Assembly: GCA_045130755.1 (NCBI GenBank)
Contig: JBGUQD010000049.1
Coordinates: 1-53,447 of the forward strand
DNA: 53,447 bases
DNA from: Candidatus Limivicinus sp.
GTDB lineage: Bacteria; Bacillota; Clostridia; Oscillospirales; Oscillospiraceae
Reading direction: 5' to 3'
The position numbers and the translations under genes are program-made. Position 1 is the first letter of the stretch; the number at the start of each line of letters is the position of its first letter. Below, piece after piece: positions 8,239 through 16,274 of this stretch. The notes beneath the pieces were generated by a model that was not told the DNA's origin, searched no databases, and saw only the letters and a program-made list of their open reading frames with translations.

Positions 8239-9446
8239 TCAAAAAACTTCGCATCAAGTTCGTCTGCTACATCATGCTGATTGTGACGATCCTGCTGATC
8301 CTGTCGTTGACTGTGCTGGTCAGCTATATCCAAAAGAGCATGGTGAGCGAACGATTCTCTGTTCTCCACCGTATCGCGGAAGATCCTGAACGAAAGTTCC
8401 GGCCCAGCACGGTTGACCAGACAGATTTTTATCCGCCGTATTTCATTTTGATGCGCGATGGAAACGGAAATCTGCTTTCTTCCGGAGACAGTCTTTTTGA
8501 TCTCTCCGAAAAAGAAGTGCTCGAAAAACTCTATGAGCGGGCGCTTGATATTGGAGAATTAGAGGGCATTGTGGAGGAATATGATCTGCGCTTTGTCCGT
8601 ATGGAAACGCCATGGGGGCCCAAGCTGGTATTTGCCGACATGTCCGGCGAGCGAGGGATGACACGGCATCTGGTCAAGGACAGTATCCTGGTCGGACTCG
8701 GCGCTTTGGCGATTTTTACCGGAGTGAGTCTGCTTTTATCCATTTGGGCCATAAAACCGGTGGACGAGGCGTGGCGGCAGCAGAAGCAGTTCGTGTCCGA
8801 CGCCTCGCATGAGCTGAAAACACCGCTGACGGTCATCATGGCCAACGCGGAACTTCTGCAGCAGCCGGGCTACAGCGATGAGCAGAGAAGAGGATTCAGC
8901 GAGAGCATCCTCTCCATGTCGCGGCAGATGCGTCAACTGGTGGAGAGCCTTCTGGATCTCGCGCGGCTCGACAGTCTGCGGGAGACGGAAAGCCTTGTTT
9001 CCGAGACGGATCTGTCTTCTCTGGTGGAGGACTGTATTCTCCCCTTCGAACCGCTGTATTTTGAACGCGGGCTGCTGCTCGAGACCGAGGTGGAGCCGGG
9101 CATCCGTGTGCAGGGAAACGATCGTGTGCTGCGTCAGTGCATGGACATCCTGCTGGACAATGCCCGGAAGTATTCCGACCCCGGCACCGTACATGTCCGT
9201 CTGCGCAAAAGCGGCCGGCAGGCAGAGCTGACGGTTGCCAATCCCTCGCCCGAACTGAACAGGGAGGAGTGCCGCAATATCTTCAAGCGCTTTTATCGGC
9301 GGGACACCGCCCGCACCGCTGCAGGCAGCTACGGTCTCGGCCTTTCGATCGCGGAAGGGATCGTGGAGCGCCACAAGGGAAAAATTAGCTGCGGCTGGGA
9401 GAACGGGGAAATCTGCTTTACCGTTTTGATTCCTCTCATTTATTAA
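8235..9446 (+). CDS. Sensor histidine kinase (two TM helices, HisKA + HATPase_c)
   Basis: The TTG start overlaps the response-regulator stop by 4 nt. H-box FVSDASHELKTPLTVI, N-box LLDNARKY, G-box YGLGLSIAEGIVERHKG. Confidence 0.92.
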   Translation: MIKKLRIKFVCYIMLIVTILLILSLTVLVSYIQKSMVSERFSVLHRIAEDPERKFRPSTVDQTDFYPPYFILMRDGNGNLLSSGDSLFDLSEKEVLEKLYERALDIGELEGIVEEYDLRFVRMETPWGPKLVFADMSGERGMTRHLVKDSILVGLGALAIFTGVSLLLSIWAIKPVDEAWRQQKQFVSDASHELKTPLTVIMANAELLQQPGYSDEQRRGFSESILSMSRQMRQLVESLLDLARLDSLRETESLVSETDLSSLVEDCILPFEPLYFERGLLLETEVEPGIRVQGNDRVLRQCMDILLDNARKYSDPGTVHVRLRKSGRQAELTVANPSPELNREECRNIFKRFYRRDTARTAAGSYGLGLSIAEGIVERHKGKISCGWENGEICFTVLIPLIY

Positions 9447-9617
9447 TGCGGCAATAAAACAATCGTGAATCCTTTCTGACTGTGCAAATCCTTGCCGCAT
9501 TAATATTTGCCATATTTTTCGGTTGCCGCGTCAGCGGCGAGAAAAATGGCATAATATAATCTTATTACTCCGGCTGCACAAGCTTTCGGTTTGCGAATAT
9601 TTGATTGCCGGAGCAAT

Positions 9618-9657
9618 AAAACCAAAAGCACCCGATTTTTCGGGTGCTTTTGGTTTT
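9618..9657. terminator. Bidirectional intrinsic terminator (aaaaccaaaagcacccg ... cgggtgcttttggtttt)
   Basis: Long near-perfect palindrome with an A-run and a T-run, immediately downstream of the minus-strand gene 9674..9952. Confidence 0.8.
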
Positions 9658-9673
9658 CATAAAGGGAAAAAGC

Positions 9674-9952
9674 TTACCAAAGATCAACGTCGCCGGTCTC
9701 TTCGCCGCGTACCCAATACGCCTTGTTCTGATCGACACGAACGTATACCTTATCAGCTTCACCAATTTTGGCAAGGATTTCCGCGAAGGAAATCTCACCG
9801 CCGAGCGGAGACTGCACGATCACTTCAACAGCCTTCTTGGCAGCGGGCTTCTTGGCAGCGGGCTTCTTGGCAGCGGGCTTTTTCGCCACGGGAGCTTCGG
9901 CCTCGGCAACCTTCTTGGCAGCGGGCTCTGCGCTTGCTTTTCTGGGAGCCAT
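9674..9952 (-). CDS. Small protein with a histone-H1-like (PAAKK)n N-terminus and a DUF6465-like C-terminus
   Basis: 92 aa: MAPRKASAEPAAKKVAEAEAPVAKKPAAKKPAAKKPAAKK + VEVIVQSPLGGEISFAEILAKIGEADKVYVRVDQNKAYWVRGEETGDVDLW. AGGAGGA SD. The promoter has an extended -10 (tggtataat, plus coordinates 10006-10014 region). A strong terminator follows. The family name is from memory. Confidence 0.8.
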   Translation of the reverse strand: MAPRKASAEPAAKKVAEAEAPVAKKPAAKKPAAKKPAAKKAVEVIVQSPLGGEISFAEILAKIGEADKVYVRVDQNKAYWVRGEETGDVDLW

Positions 9953-10094
9953 ATTTGTATCCTCCTATTCACAGACTGATATCCTTTACCCGGATATCAT
10001 GGGGTATTATACCACGCCTTCGCGAAAAAGCAATGGTATTTTGAAGGATTTTCACAACTTTTTGAGCAAAATCGTACTTTCGGAGAAAAAAGAT

Positions 10095-10637
10095 CTATTG
10101 AATGTAGACGATTGCCGTCTTGCGGAAGGCGGAAACGATCTGCGTCCAGGCGGAATAGAAGAGGCACCCGGCATAGAGATAGACCAGATCGTGCGTGCCG
10201 GGGAGAAAGAGTCCGGCAATGACCGCAAGGACTGCAATGACAAGATTGACAGCGCCGCTGAGCATGCTCCTGCGCCAGGACGGCGAGCGAAAACGGCGCG
10301 CTTCCAGCGCCCGCAGAATCCCCATCAGGCCCGCGAAGGCATGGATGCCGAGCAGATAGAGGATGATATAGAGCTTGGGATCGTCCACCATACTGAAGGT
10401 GAACACGGCCAGATCCAGCACGATGATGCCGCGAAACAGGATGGACTTGCCTCCCACCATATGCCGCGCCATCGTAAAATAATAGATGAGGCTTCGCGCC
10501 GCGTAAAGAAACAGCGAGACCGACAGGATCAGCGCCACAAAATAAAAGCCGGTTTCCGGGTCTGTCACCAGAGCGAAACAGCACACCAGCATCAAGATCC
10601 CCGCCAGCACCTTTTTGACACGCTGCACACTAGTCAT
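10095..10637 (-). CDS. HdeD/DUF308-like multi-pass membrane protein
   Basis: 180 aa with six hydrophobic segments. Overlaps the upstream gene by 8 nt, so both are in one operon. Confidence 0.75.
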   Translation of the reverse strand: MTSVQRVKKVLAGILMLVCCFALVTDPETGFYFVALILSVSLFLYAARSLIYYFTMARHMVGGKSILFRGIIVLDLAVFTFSMVDDPKLYIILYLLGIHAFAGLMGILRALEARRFRSPSWRRSMLSGAVNLVIAVLAVIAGLFLPGTHDLVYLYAGCLFYSAWTQIVSAFRKTAIVYIQ

Positions 10638-11793
10638 TATGCGTTCCCTCCTTTACCGCGTACTCCAGGAGCTTCATAAAGTCCTTCATGCCCTGAAACC
10701 CCTTCTCGGAATAGTCCACCGAGAAGCCGGCCGTCAGGTTACCGGATTTGAAGATCTTGTTGGTGACCATGCTCTTGTGCGCCAGGGCTGCCAGGTTGAA
10801 GCGCCCGAGAAAGCTGTAACCCTTTTCATCACTCGGCTTTTCGATGTATTCAGTCTGATATTTGTTGATGTCGAAGGCTTCAATTTCCCGGCCCGAGAGT
10901 TTCTCACCCAGCGCCTTCCAGTCGTCGCAGGCGATGAGCTGCCGCTTCTCGATGATCGCGCGGATTTCGCGCTCCCAGGGGGCGACAGCTTCGGTATCGT
11001 ACTGCTCCGTCTCAAAGTCGGGGTAAACGCCGCGCAGATATTTCATCGCGTACACCATCTGGCAGAAGGCGCAATAATAGTCGTGGGGATTGTCCTTGAC
11101 GATCTCCTCGTATTCGCCCCAGGCGGGCAGATATTTGTAGCGCATGAAGCTGTAGTCCGGCAGATGCCCCGCCCGGCCGTGGCCGAGGTTCATGATGGAG
11201 CTCTCGCTGCCCTGGAAGATGCTGTTGTTGTAGACGCCCGCCTCAAGATCATCGGTACCGCCGGGACTGTGGCGGAAGGTGACGGGCCGCTGCGAACCGT
11301 CGGGGAGAAGCTCGTAGAAATAGCTGTTGGTGTTGTTGATGACGAGCGACGGCGTCCCGGCAAAATAGCGGTGGGCCCAGGTGTCGGCCAGCACGTGCAT
11401 GGCGATGCCGACAGCCTGCAGGCTGCCGCCCTTCGCGAGCTTCACCGTGTCGACGAGCAGACTGCCGTTCGGATTGCAGATCAGGCGGTACTTATACTTG
11501 TAAACGCGGGCGGCCTTTTTCACCGGTGCGTACAGATCGCCGGGCAGAAAGTGGAAGGAAGCCCAGATGCGCGTGATATCCTGCAGCCCCACCAGGTCCG
11601 TGCGCGCGTTCATCATCTCAAGCTGAAGCTGGGTCGTGGCGGCGGAGAGGGGAGCCTTGAGCTTTGAAAGCAGGGTCCTGGTGCAGCAGTCTACAAACTG
11701 GGCGCTGTAGGCGATGTCCAGACTCTCCTCATGAGTATAGCCCGCGAGAAAGGCCGCGCAGTAGGTCGCATAGTAGTGAAAATCCATCTGCAT
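10630..11793 (-). CDS. Hypothetical protein with zinc-dependent phospholipase C-like His motifs (DUF6765-like)
   Basis: 387 aa. MQMDFHYYATYCAAFLAGY..., HVLADTWAHRYF, LGHGRAGHLPD. No signal peptide. GGAGGG SD. The stop of the upstream gene lies 3 nt away. Confidence 0.8.
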   Translation of the reverse strand: MQMDFHYYATYCAAFLAGYTHEESLDIAYSAQFVDCCTRTLLSKLKAPLSAATTQLQLEMMNARTDLVGLQDITRIWASFHFLPGDLYAPVKKAARVYKYKYRLICNPNGSLLVDTVKLAKGGSLQAVGIAMHVLADTWAHRYFAGTPSLVINNTNSYFYELLPDGSQRPVTFRHSPGGTDDLEAGVYNNSIFQGSESSIMNLGHGRAGHLPDYSFMRYKYLPAWGEYEEIVKDNPHDYYCAFCQMVYAMKYLRGVYPDFETEQYDTEAVAPWEREIRAIIEKRQLIACDDWKALGEKLSGREIEAFDINKYQTEYIEKPSDEKGYSFLGRFNLAALAHKSMVTNKIFKSGNLTAGFSVDYSEKGFQGMKDFMKLLEYAVKEGTHND

Positions 11794-11796
11794 GGC

Positions 11797-12276
11797 TCAG
11801 CCCTCCGTCCGCTTTTCCAGTTTCCTGACACGCACGACCGTGTACAAAAGCTCTGCCAATACGCCCATGTTGCAAAACTCCACAAAAGCGGAGACAAAGT
11901 AATCCATCTCAGACTGGTTTTCCATGCGCGTACTCTCGCGGCCCATGACCATAAACAGGCACGACAGCACGCTCACCGCAAGCATGAGGGAGAGAACGAT
12001 CATGTACAAAAGCCCCTTCTTTTTTCCCATGCCCATGGAGCGCGCACCCATGCCGACATAGGCGCGCAGCAGCAGATCGATCAGCATGAAGAAGGTAAAC
12101 AGGACGTAAAAGATGATCATGACAGCGTACTGTTCCTGTTCCGCGATATCGTCAAAGACAACGGGATTGACCCACAGATAGAGATAGGATTTCAGAATGC
12201 TCCACACACCGAAAGCGAAGACACCCGATCCGAGCGTCATCAGCGAGATCCTGAGACGCCTCAATTCCTTTTCCAT
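11797..12276 (-). CDS. Small four-TM membrane protein (hypothetical)
   Basis: ORF 11797..12324. The start is taken at MEKELRRL (ATG 12276, ggaggag SD). First gene of a three-gene minus-strand operon. The promoter candidate is tgctataat (minus), at plus coordinates about 12313-12321. Confidence 0.7.
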   Translation of the reverse strand: MEKELRRLRISLMTLGSGVFAFGVWSILKSYLYLWVNPVVFDDIAEQEQYAVMIIFYVLFTFFMLIDLLLRAYVGMGARSMGMGKKKGLLYMIVLSLMLAVSVLSCLFMVMGRESTRMENQSEMDYFVSAFVEFCNMGVLAELLYTVVRVRKLEKRTEG

Positions 12277-12415
12277 GGAAGTCACTCCTCCGATACACAG
12301 TTGGATGTCTGCATTATAGCACAATCAGATTCCTGAAAAAAGACAAAATCACGTTTTTTCCGGGGTGAAGCGGATATACAAGCGGGCTGCGGTGTGTTAT
12401 AATGATCATCGCATG

Positions 12416-12586
12416 GCGAAATCAATCGAGAATTCGATTGATTTCGCTGTCAAACGACAAGTTTGACAGCGAATGATTCTAATAATCATTCGCGCGATGC
12501 TCATTGCAATGAATATACGGCGCAGCAGCCCCGCTGCCGCGCTGAGCAGCAAAGCTGCTCGGCGGAACGCCTTGCGGCGTTTCGCC
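12416..12586 (+). repeat. Array of five hairpins and one perfect palindrome in a divergent intergenic region
   Basis: Stems read directly: 12416-12447 (14 bp), 12446-12470 (10 bp), 12469-12493 (10 bp), the 12-nt palindrome tcattgcaatga at 12501-12512, 12544-12560 (7 bp), and 12561-12586 (11 bp with one G-U). Confidence 0.85.
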
Positions 12587-12702
12587 ATTATATAAGGCTG
12601 AAGGAATGCAGAGATTTTCATTTTCTTCACATATCCTTTAAGTGAAATTTCAGCGTTTACGCTTATCCTTCAATGCAGCAAGCGAAAAGCGAGGACACAA
12701 TC

Positions 12703-13380
12703 ATGGACATCCATTACCGCCATGAGTGGAAGCATGAGATCAGTTATGCGGATCTTCTGGCCATCCGGCAGCGCCTGCGCGCGGTGGCCGAGTGCGATCC
12801 CCATGCCGAAAACGGCAGGTATCTGATCCGCAGCCTCTACTTTGACAATCTCAGCGACAAGGCGCTGCGGGAAAAGATCGACGGGGTAAACCTGCGCGAG
12901 AAGTTCCGCATCCGCTATTATAACGGCGATCCCTCGGTTATCCACCTGGAAAAGAAGTCCAAACGCGCGGGGCTCGGCACCAAGTACAGCGCGGAGCTGA
13001 CAAAGGACGAAGCGCAGAGCATCGTGGACGGGGAACTCGACTGGATGATGTCGAGCGGCAGACCCCTGGTGCAGGAGCTCTACTGCAAGATGCGTTATCA
13101 GGGACTCAGGCCGAAGACCATCGTCGACTACACGCGCGAGCCCTTCATCTACCGGCCCGGCAACGTGCGCGTCACCTTTGACTACGATATTCGCACGGGG
13201 CTTTCCTGCACGGATTTTCTGAATCCCGACTGCGTGACCATTCCCGCGGGAGACGCGCCCATCCTTCTGGAAGTAAAGTGGGACGCGTTTCTCCCCTCCG
13301 TGATCCGCGACGCCGTGCAGACCCCCGGCCGCCGCGTGGAGGCATTTTCAAAGTATGCCCAGTGCAGAATATACGGCTGA
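12703..13380 (+). CDS. VTC domain (polyphosphate-polymerase-like CYTH tunnel) protein
   Basis: ORF 12673..13380. The start is taken at MDIHYRHEWKHEI (ATG 12703, gagga SD). It has an RxExK-like N-terminal motif, RSLYFDN, KFRIRYY and LLEVKWD beta-strand motifs typical of bacterial VTC proteins (from memory). Confidence 0.85.
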   Translation: MDIHYRHEWKHEISYADLLAIRQRLRAVAECDPHAENGRYLIRSLYFDNLSDKALREKIDGVNLREKFRIRYYNGDPSVIHLEKKSKRAGLGTKYSAELTKDEAQSIVDGELDWMMSSGRPLVQELYCKMRYQGLRPKTIVDYTREPFIYRPGNVRVTFDYDIRTGLSCTDFLNPDCVTIPAGDAPILLEVKWDAFLPSVIRDAVQTPGRRVEAFSKYAQCRIYG

Positions 13381-13407
13381 TATTAACATTTTTAAGGAGC
13401 AAACAAA

Positions 13408-14079
13408 ATGACCTTCAATGACATTTTCAAATCCAGCTTTCTGGAGAACGTGAACGCGGTGAGCGTTCTTGACATGGTGCTGGCGCTGGTGCTTGCCTTC
13501 GGCGTGGGCCTGTTCATCTTCTTCGTGTATAAAAAGACCTACGCGGGTGTGATGTATTCCTCCGGCTTCGGCGTGACGCTGGTGGCGCTGACCATGATCA
13601 CGACGCTTGTGATCCTCGCCGTCACGTCAAACATTGTGCTTTCCCTCGGCATGGTGGGCGCGCTGAGCATCGTCCGTTTCCGCACGGCCATCAAGGAGCC
13701 GCTTGACATTGCCTTCCTCTTCTGGGCTATTGCTGCCGGCATTGTGCTGGCCGCAGGACTCATCCCGCTGGCAGTGTTCGGCAGCGTGTTCATCGGCGTC
13801 ATCCTGCTCATCTTCGCAAACCGCAAGAGCATGACCCAGCCCTTCATCGTCGTCATCGACTGTGACGGCCATGACAGCGAGAAAAAAGCGCTTGAGCTTC
13901 TGCGCCGGCACACGGTCAGATGCGCGGTCAAGAGCAAGACCGCCCGCAAGGGCGCGGTGGAGCTCAACTGCGAGATCCGCCTGCGCGGCGGCAACACAGA
14001 CTTCGTTAATGCGCTTTCCGAACTGGAGGGCGTCACGAGCGCGGTCCTCGTCAGCTATAACGGCGACTATATGGGCTGA
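13408..14079 (+). CDS. DUF4956 domain membrane protein
   Basis: 223 aa with aaggag SD. It has four TM helices including SIVRFRTAIKEPLDIAFLFWAI, then a soluble C-terminal domain. This is the classical neighbour of bacterial VTC genes. Confidence 0.85.
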   Translation: MTFNDIFKSSFLENVNAVSVLDMVLALVLAFGVGLFIFFVYKKTYAGVMYSSGFGVTLVALTMITTLVILAVTSNIVLSLGMVGALSIVRFRTAIKEPLDIAFLFWAIAAGIVLAAGLIPLAVFGSVFIGVILLIFANRKSMTQPFIVVIDCDGHDSEKKALELLRRHTVRCAVKSKTARKGAVELNCEIRLRGGNTDFVNALSELEGVTSAVLVSYNGDYMG

Positions 14080-14090
14080 GGAGGGGAGAG

Positions 14091-16214
14091 ATGTCAACGC
14101 ATAGGCACATTGATCTGATCTGCGTTGCCGTCCTTGTCTGTACGCTTCTGCTCACCATTCTGTTCGTAAACGGCGAACGCTTCGGCTTGCGGCCGATCGT
14201 GGACGGGGACGCGGAGAGCAGCAGCGATTCCGCCTTCTTCACCAGAAACGACCGCGACGGGAACTGGAGTACGGCCGGCGCCGCGCGCATCACGCTCTCC
14301 GGGAACAGCGCCTCGGTCTCCGGCGGCGGGGCCTACGTCTATGACGGAAATGTGGTCATCGCCCAGGCCGGACGCTATGTGCTCTCCGGCACGCTCACGG
14401 ACGGCAGCATTATCGTCAGCGCCGACAGCAGCGCCAAGGTCTGGATCCTGCTCAACGGGGTGGATATCAGCTGTTCTGACGACGCGTGCCTGCGCGTAGA
14501 GCAGGCGGAGAAGGTCTTCCTGACCCTCGCGGACGGGACCCAGAACAGCATGACGAGCGGCGCGGCGTATTCCGAAGCGGCCCTGGCCGACAACACCGGC
14601 GGCGTGATCTTCAGCCATGACGACCTCACCATCAACGGCAGCGGCAGCCTCACGCTCACGGCGGCTTACAAGCATGGCATTGACGTCAACGACGAGCTGA
14701 CCATCACCGGCGGCAGCATCACCATCGACGCGCCCCAGGACGGCATCCACGTCAATGACGGCTTGAACATCGAGGAGGCTTCCCTCAAAATCCGCGCGGG
14801 GGACGAGGGCCTGAACCTCCAGGGGCCAGACACGCTCCTGTACATTGCCTCCGGCAGCTTTGACATTGACAGCACCGGCGCCGCCGTCAAGGGCGCGGCT
14901 GATCTGCTCATCGAAGGCGGCAGCTTTGAACTCCGCACGGACGCGGACGGCATCCACAGCGGCGGCGGCATCACGCTCACGGGCGGCGCGCTCACGATCC
15001 GCGCGGCGGACGACGGCATCCATGCCGACAGCAGCGTCGCCATCACCGGCGGCAGCATCCTCATCAGCGAGTGTTATGAGGGCATCGAGGCCCTGACCAT
15101 TGATATCTCCGGCGGCGAGATCGAACTCTATCCCACCGACGACGGCCTGAATGCCAACGGCGGCTTCGCGGGCTTCGGACCCGGCATGTTCGGCCCTCTC
15201 GGCGACACGGTCGACGACACAGCGGCCCAGACACTGACCACCGAAACCTGGATCCACATCACCGGCGGCAGCCTCACAATCGTTAATGCGACGGCCCGCG
15301 ATGCCGACGGCATCGACTCCAACGCAGATATCGTCATCTCGGGCGGCGTCATCCGCGTCAGCCTCACCTCCTCCGGCGGCAACAACGCCATCGACTACGC
15401 CAGCGAAAACGGCGGAAGCTGTGTGATCACGGGCGGCGAGCTGATCGCCTGCGGCAGCTCTGCCATGGCGGAGCGCTTCAGCGACGCCTCCACCCAGTGC
15501 GTGGCGCTCTATAACCTCGGCTACAGCGCGGAGGCTGGCACTGAAGTGCGCGTCCTGGACGGCGCGGGCAGGGAGATCCTCAGCTATGCGGCGCCCTGTG
15601 ACTTCAGCTCCGTGTCTCTCAGCTCCCCGGCCTTCAAGCTCGGCGAGACTTACACGGTCGTCGTCGGGGACGAGGCAGGAGAGATCACCTTTGATTCTGT
15701 TTCCATAAGCTCCGGCAGCGCAGGCGGCTTCGGCGGTTTCGGCGGCATGGGCGGCAGAGGCCGGCAGCAGTGGCAGAATGCCGACGGCGCAGAGGGCGCC
15801 ACAGACTCCGAGCGCCCCAACCATATGGGCGGCTGGGGCGTCCAGCCCGGCAATACGGACAGCGCCATGCCGATCCCGCCGGGAACTGATGGGGAGATGC
15901 CGGACTTCTCCAATATGCCGGCTCCGCCGGACATGGACGGGATGCGCCCCGATGCAGGCGGCGCGGTACCCGATTTCAGCGGCCAGACGCCCGATCCATC
16001 CTCTATGCCCCAGGGCATGGGCGGCGGTCACATGCGCCGTGAGGGCATGCCCGACGCGATGCAGAACGCGGCGGAGGAGGCGGCAGAGCTTGCCATCGAA
16101 GAAGCACTCCCGACCGGCCCTCAGCCCGTCGGTATGCATACATGGATCATGCTCGCGGCCTGCGCGCTGGCCCTGGCGCTCGGCGTCCTGATCGCGGCAA
16201 AGTACAGACAATAA
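14091..16214 (+). CDS. Membrane-anchored parallel beta-helix protein (Cthe_2159-type 'carbohydrate-binding domain-containing protein')
   Basis: 707 aa. N-terminal TM/signal anchor. Repeated coils of the form ITGGS.TI.A..DGIH. A Pro/Gly/Met-rich stalk (res ~560-670). C-terminal TM WIMLAACALALALGVLIAAKYRQ. The 709-aa antisense ORF is a shadow. Confidence 0.88.
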   Translation: MSTHRHIDLICVAVLVCTLLLTILFVNGERFGLRPIVDGDAESSSDSAFFTRNDRDGNWSTAGAARITLSGNSASVSGGGAYVYDGNVVIAQAGRYVLSGTLTDGSIIVSADSSAKVWILLNGVDISCSDDACLRVEQAEKVFLTLADGTQNSMTSGAAYSEAALADNTGGVIFSHDDLTINGSGSLTLTAAYKHGIDVNDELTITGGSITIDAPQDGIHVNDGLNIEEASLKIRAGDEGLNLQGPDTLLYIASGSFDIDSTGAAVKGAADLLIEGGSFELRTDADGIHSGGGITLTGGALTIRAADDGIHADSSVAITGGSILISECYEGIEALTIDISGGEIELYPTDDGLNANGGFAGFGPGMFGPLGDTVDDTAAQTLTTETWIHITGGSLTIVNATARDADGIDSNADIVISGGVIRVSLTSSGGNNAIDYASENGGSCVITGGELIACGSSAMAERFSDASTQCVALYNLGYSAEAGTEVRVLDGAGREILSYAAPCDFSSVSLSSPAFKLGETYTVVVGDEAGEITFDSVSISSGSAGGFGGFGGMGGRGRQQWQNADGAEGATDSERPNHMGGWGVQPGNTDSAMPIPPGTDGEMPDFSNMPAPPDMDGMRPDAGGAVPDFSGQTPDPSSMPQGMGGGHMRREGMPDAMQNAAEEAAELAIEEALPTGPQPVGMHTWIMLAACALALALGVLIAAKYRQ

Positions 16215-16218
16215 GAAA

Positions 16219-16262
16219 AACACAGCGGACTCGCATCAAAACAAATCCGCTGTGTTCTTTTT
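16219..16262. terminator. Bidirectional terminator between convergent operons (aacacagcgga ... tccgctgtgtt + T-run)
   Basis: 11-bp perfect stem with a 16-nt loop. An A-run lies upstream and ctttttg downstream. Confidence 0.7.
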
Positions 16263-16274
16263 GCGTTATGGAGA

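Noticed and set aside
9833-9877. Three perfect 15-nt tandem repeats considered as a regulatory or CRISPR-like repeat
   Set aside because: They lie inside a coding region and encode (PAAKK)3. There are no spacers and no cas genes. It is a coding microsatellite.
9523-10679. Plus-strand ORFs 9523..10044, 9644..9979 and 9768..10679
   Set aside because: They lie antisense to the well-supported small KAAP-repeat gene and the DUF308-like gene. They cross a terminator and a promoter region, and their peptides (LLGSGLLGSG...) are mirror translations of the coding repeat.
12406-12630. 74-aa minus-strand ORF in the hairpin-array region
   Set aside because: It has no SD. The sequence is a translated series of palindromes (Arg/Ile/Ala-rich). 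The region is better explained as non-coding structured DNA or RNA.
14094-16223. 709-aa ORF on the minus strand, covering the whole beta-helix gene
   Set aside because: It is an antisense shadow ORF, typical of GC-rich genes with GC-rich third positions. The translation is Ala/Arg/Gly/Asp-rich junk without motifs. The plus-strand product has a signal anchor, regular beta-helix coils, a good SD and operon context.
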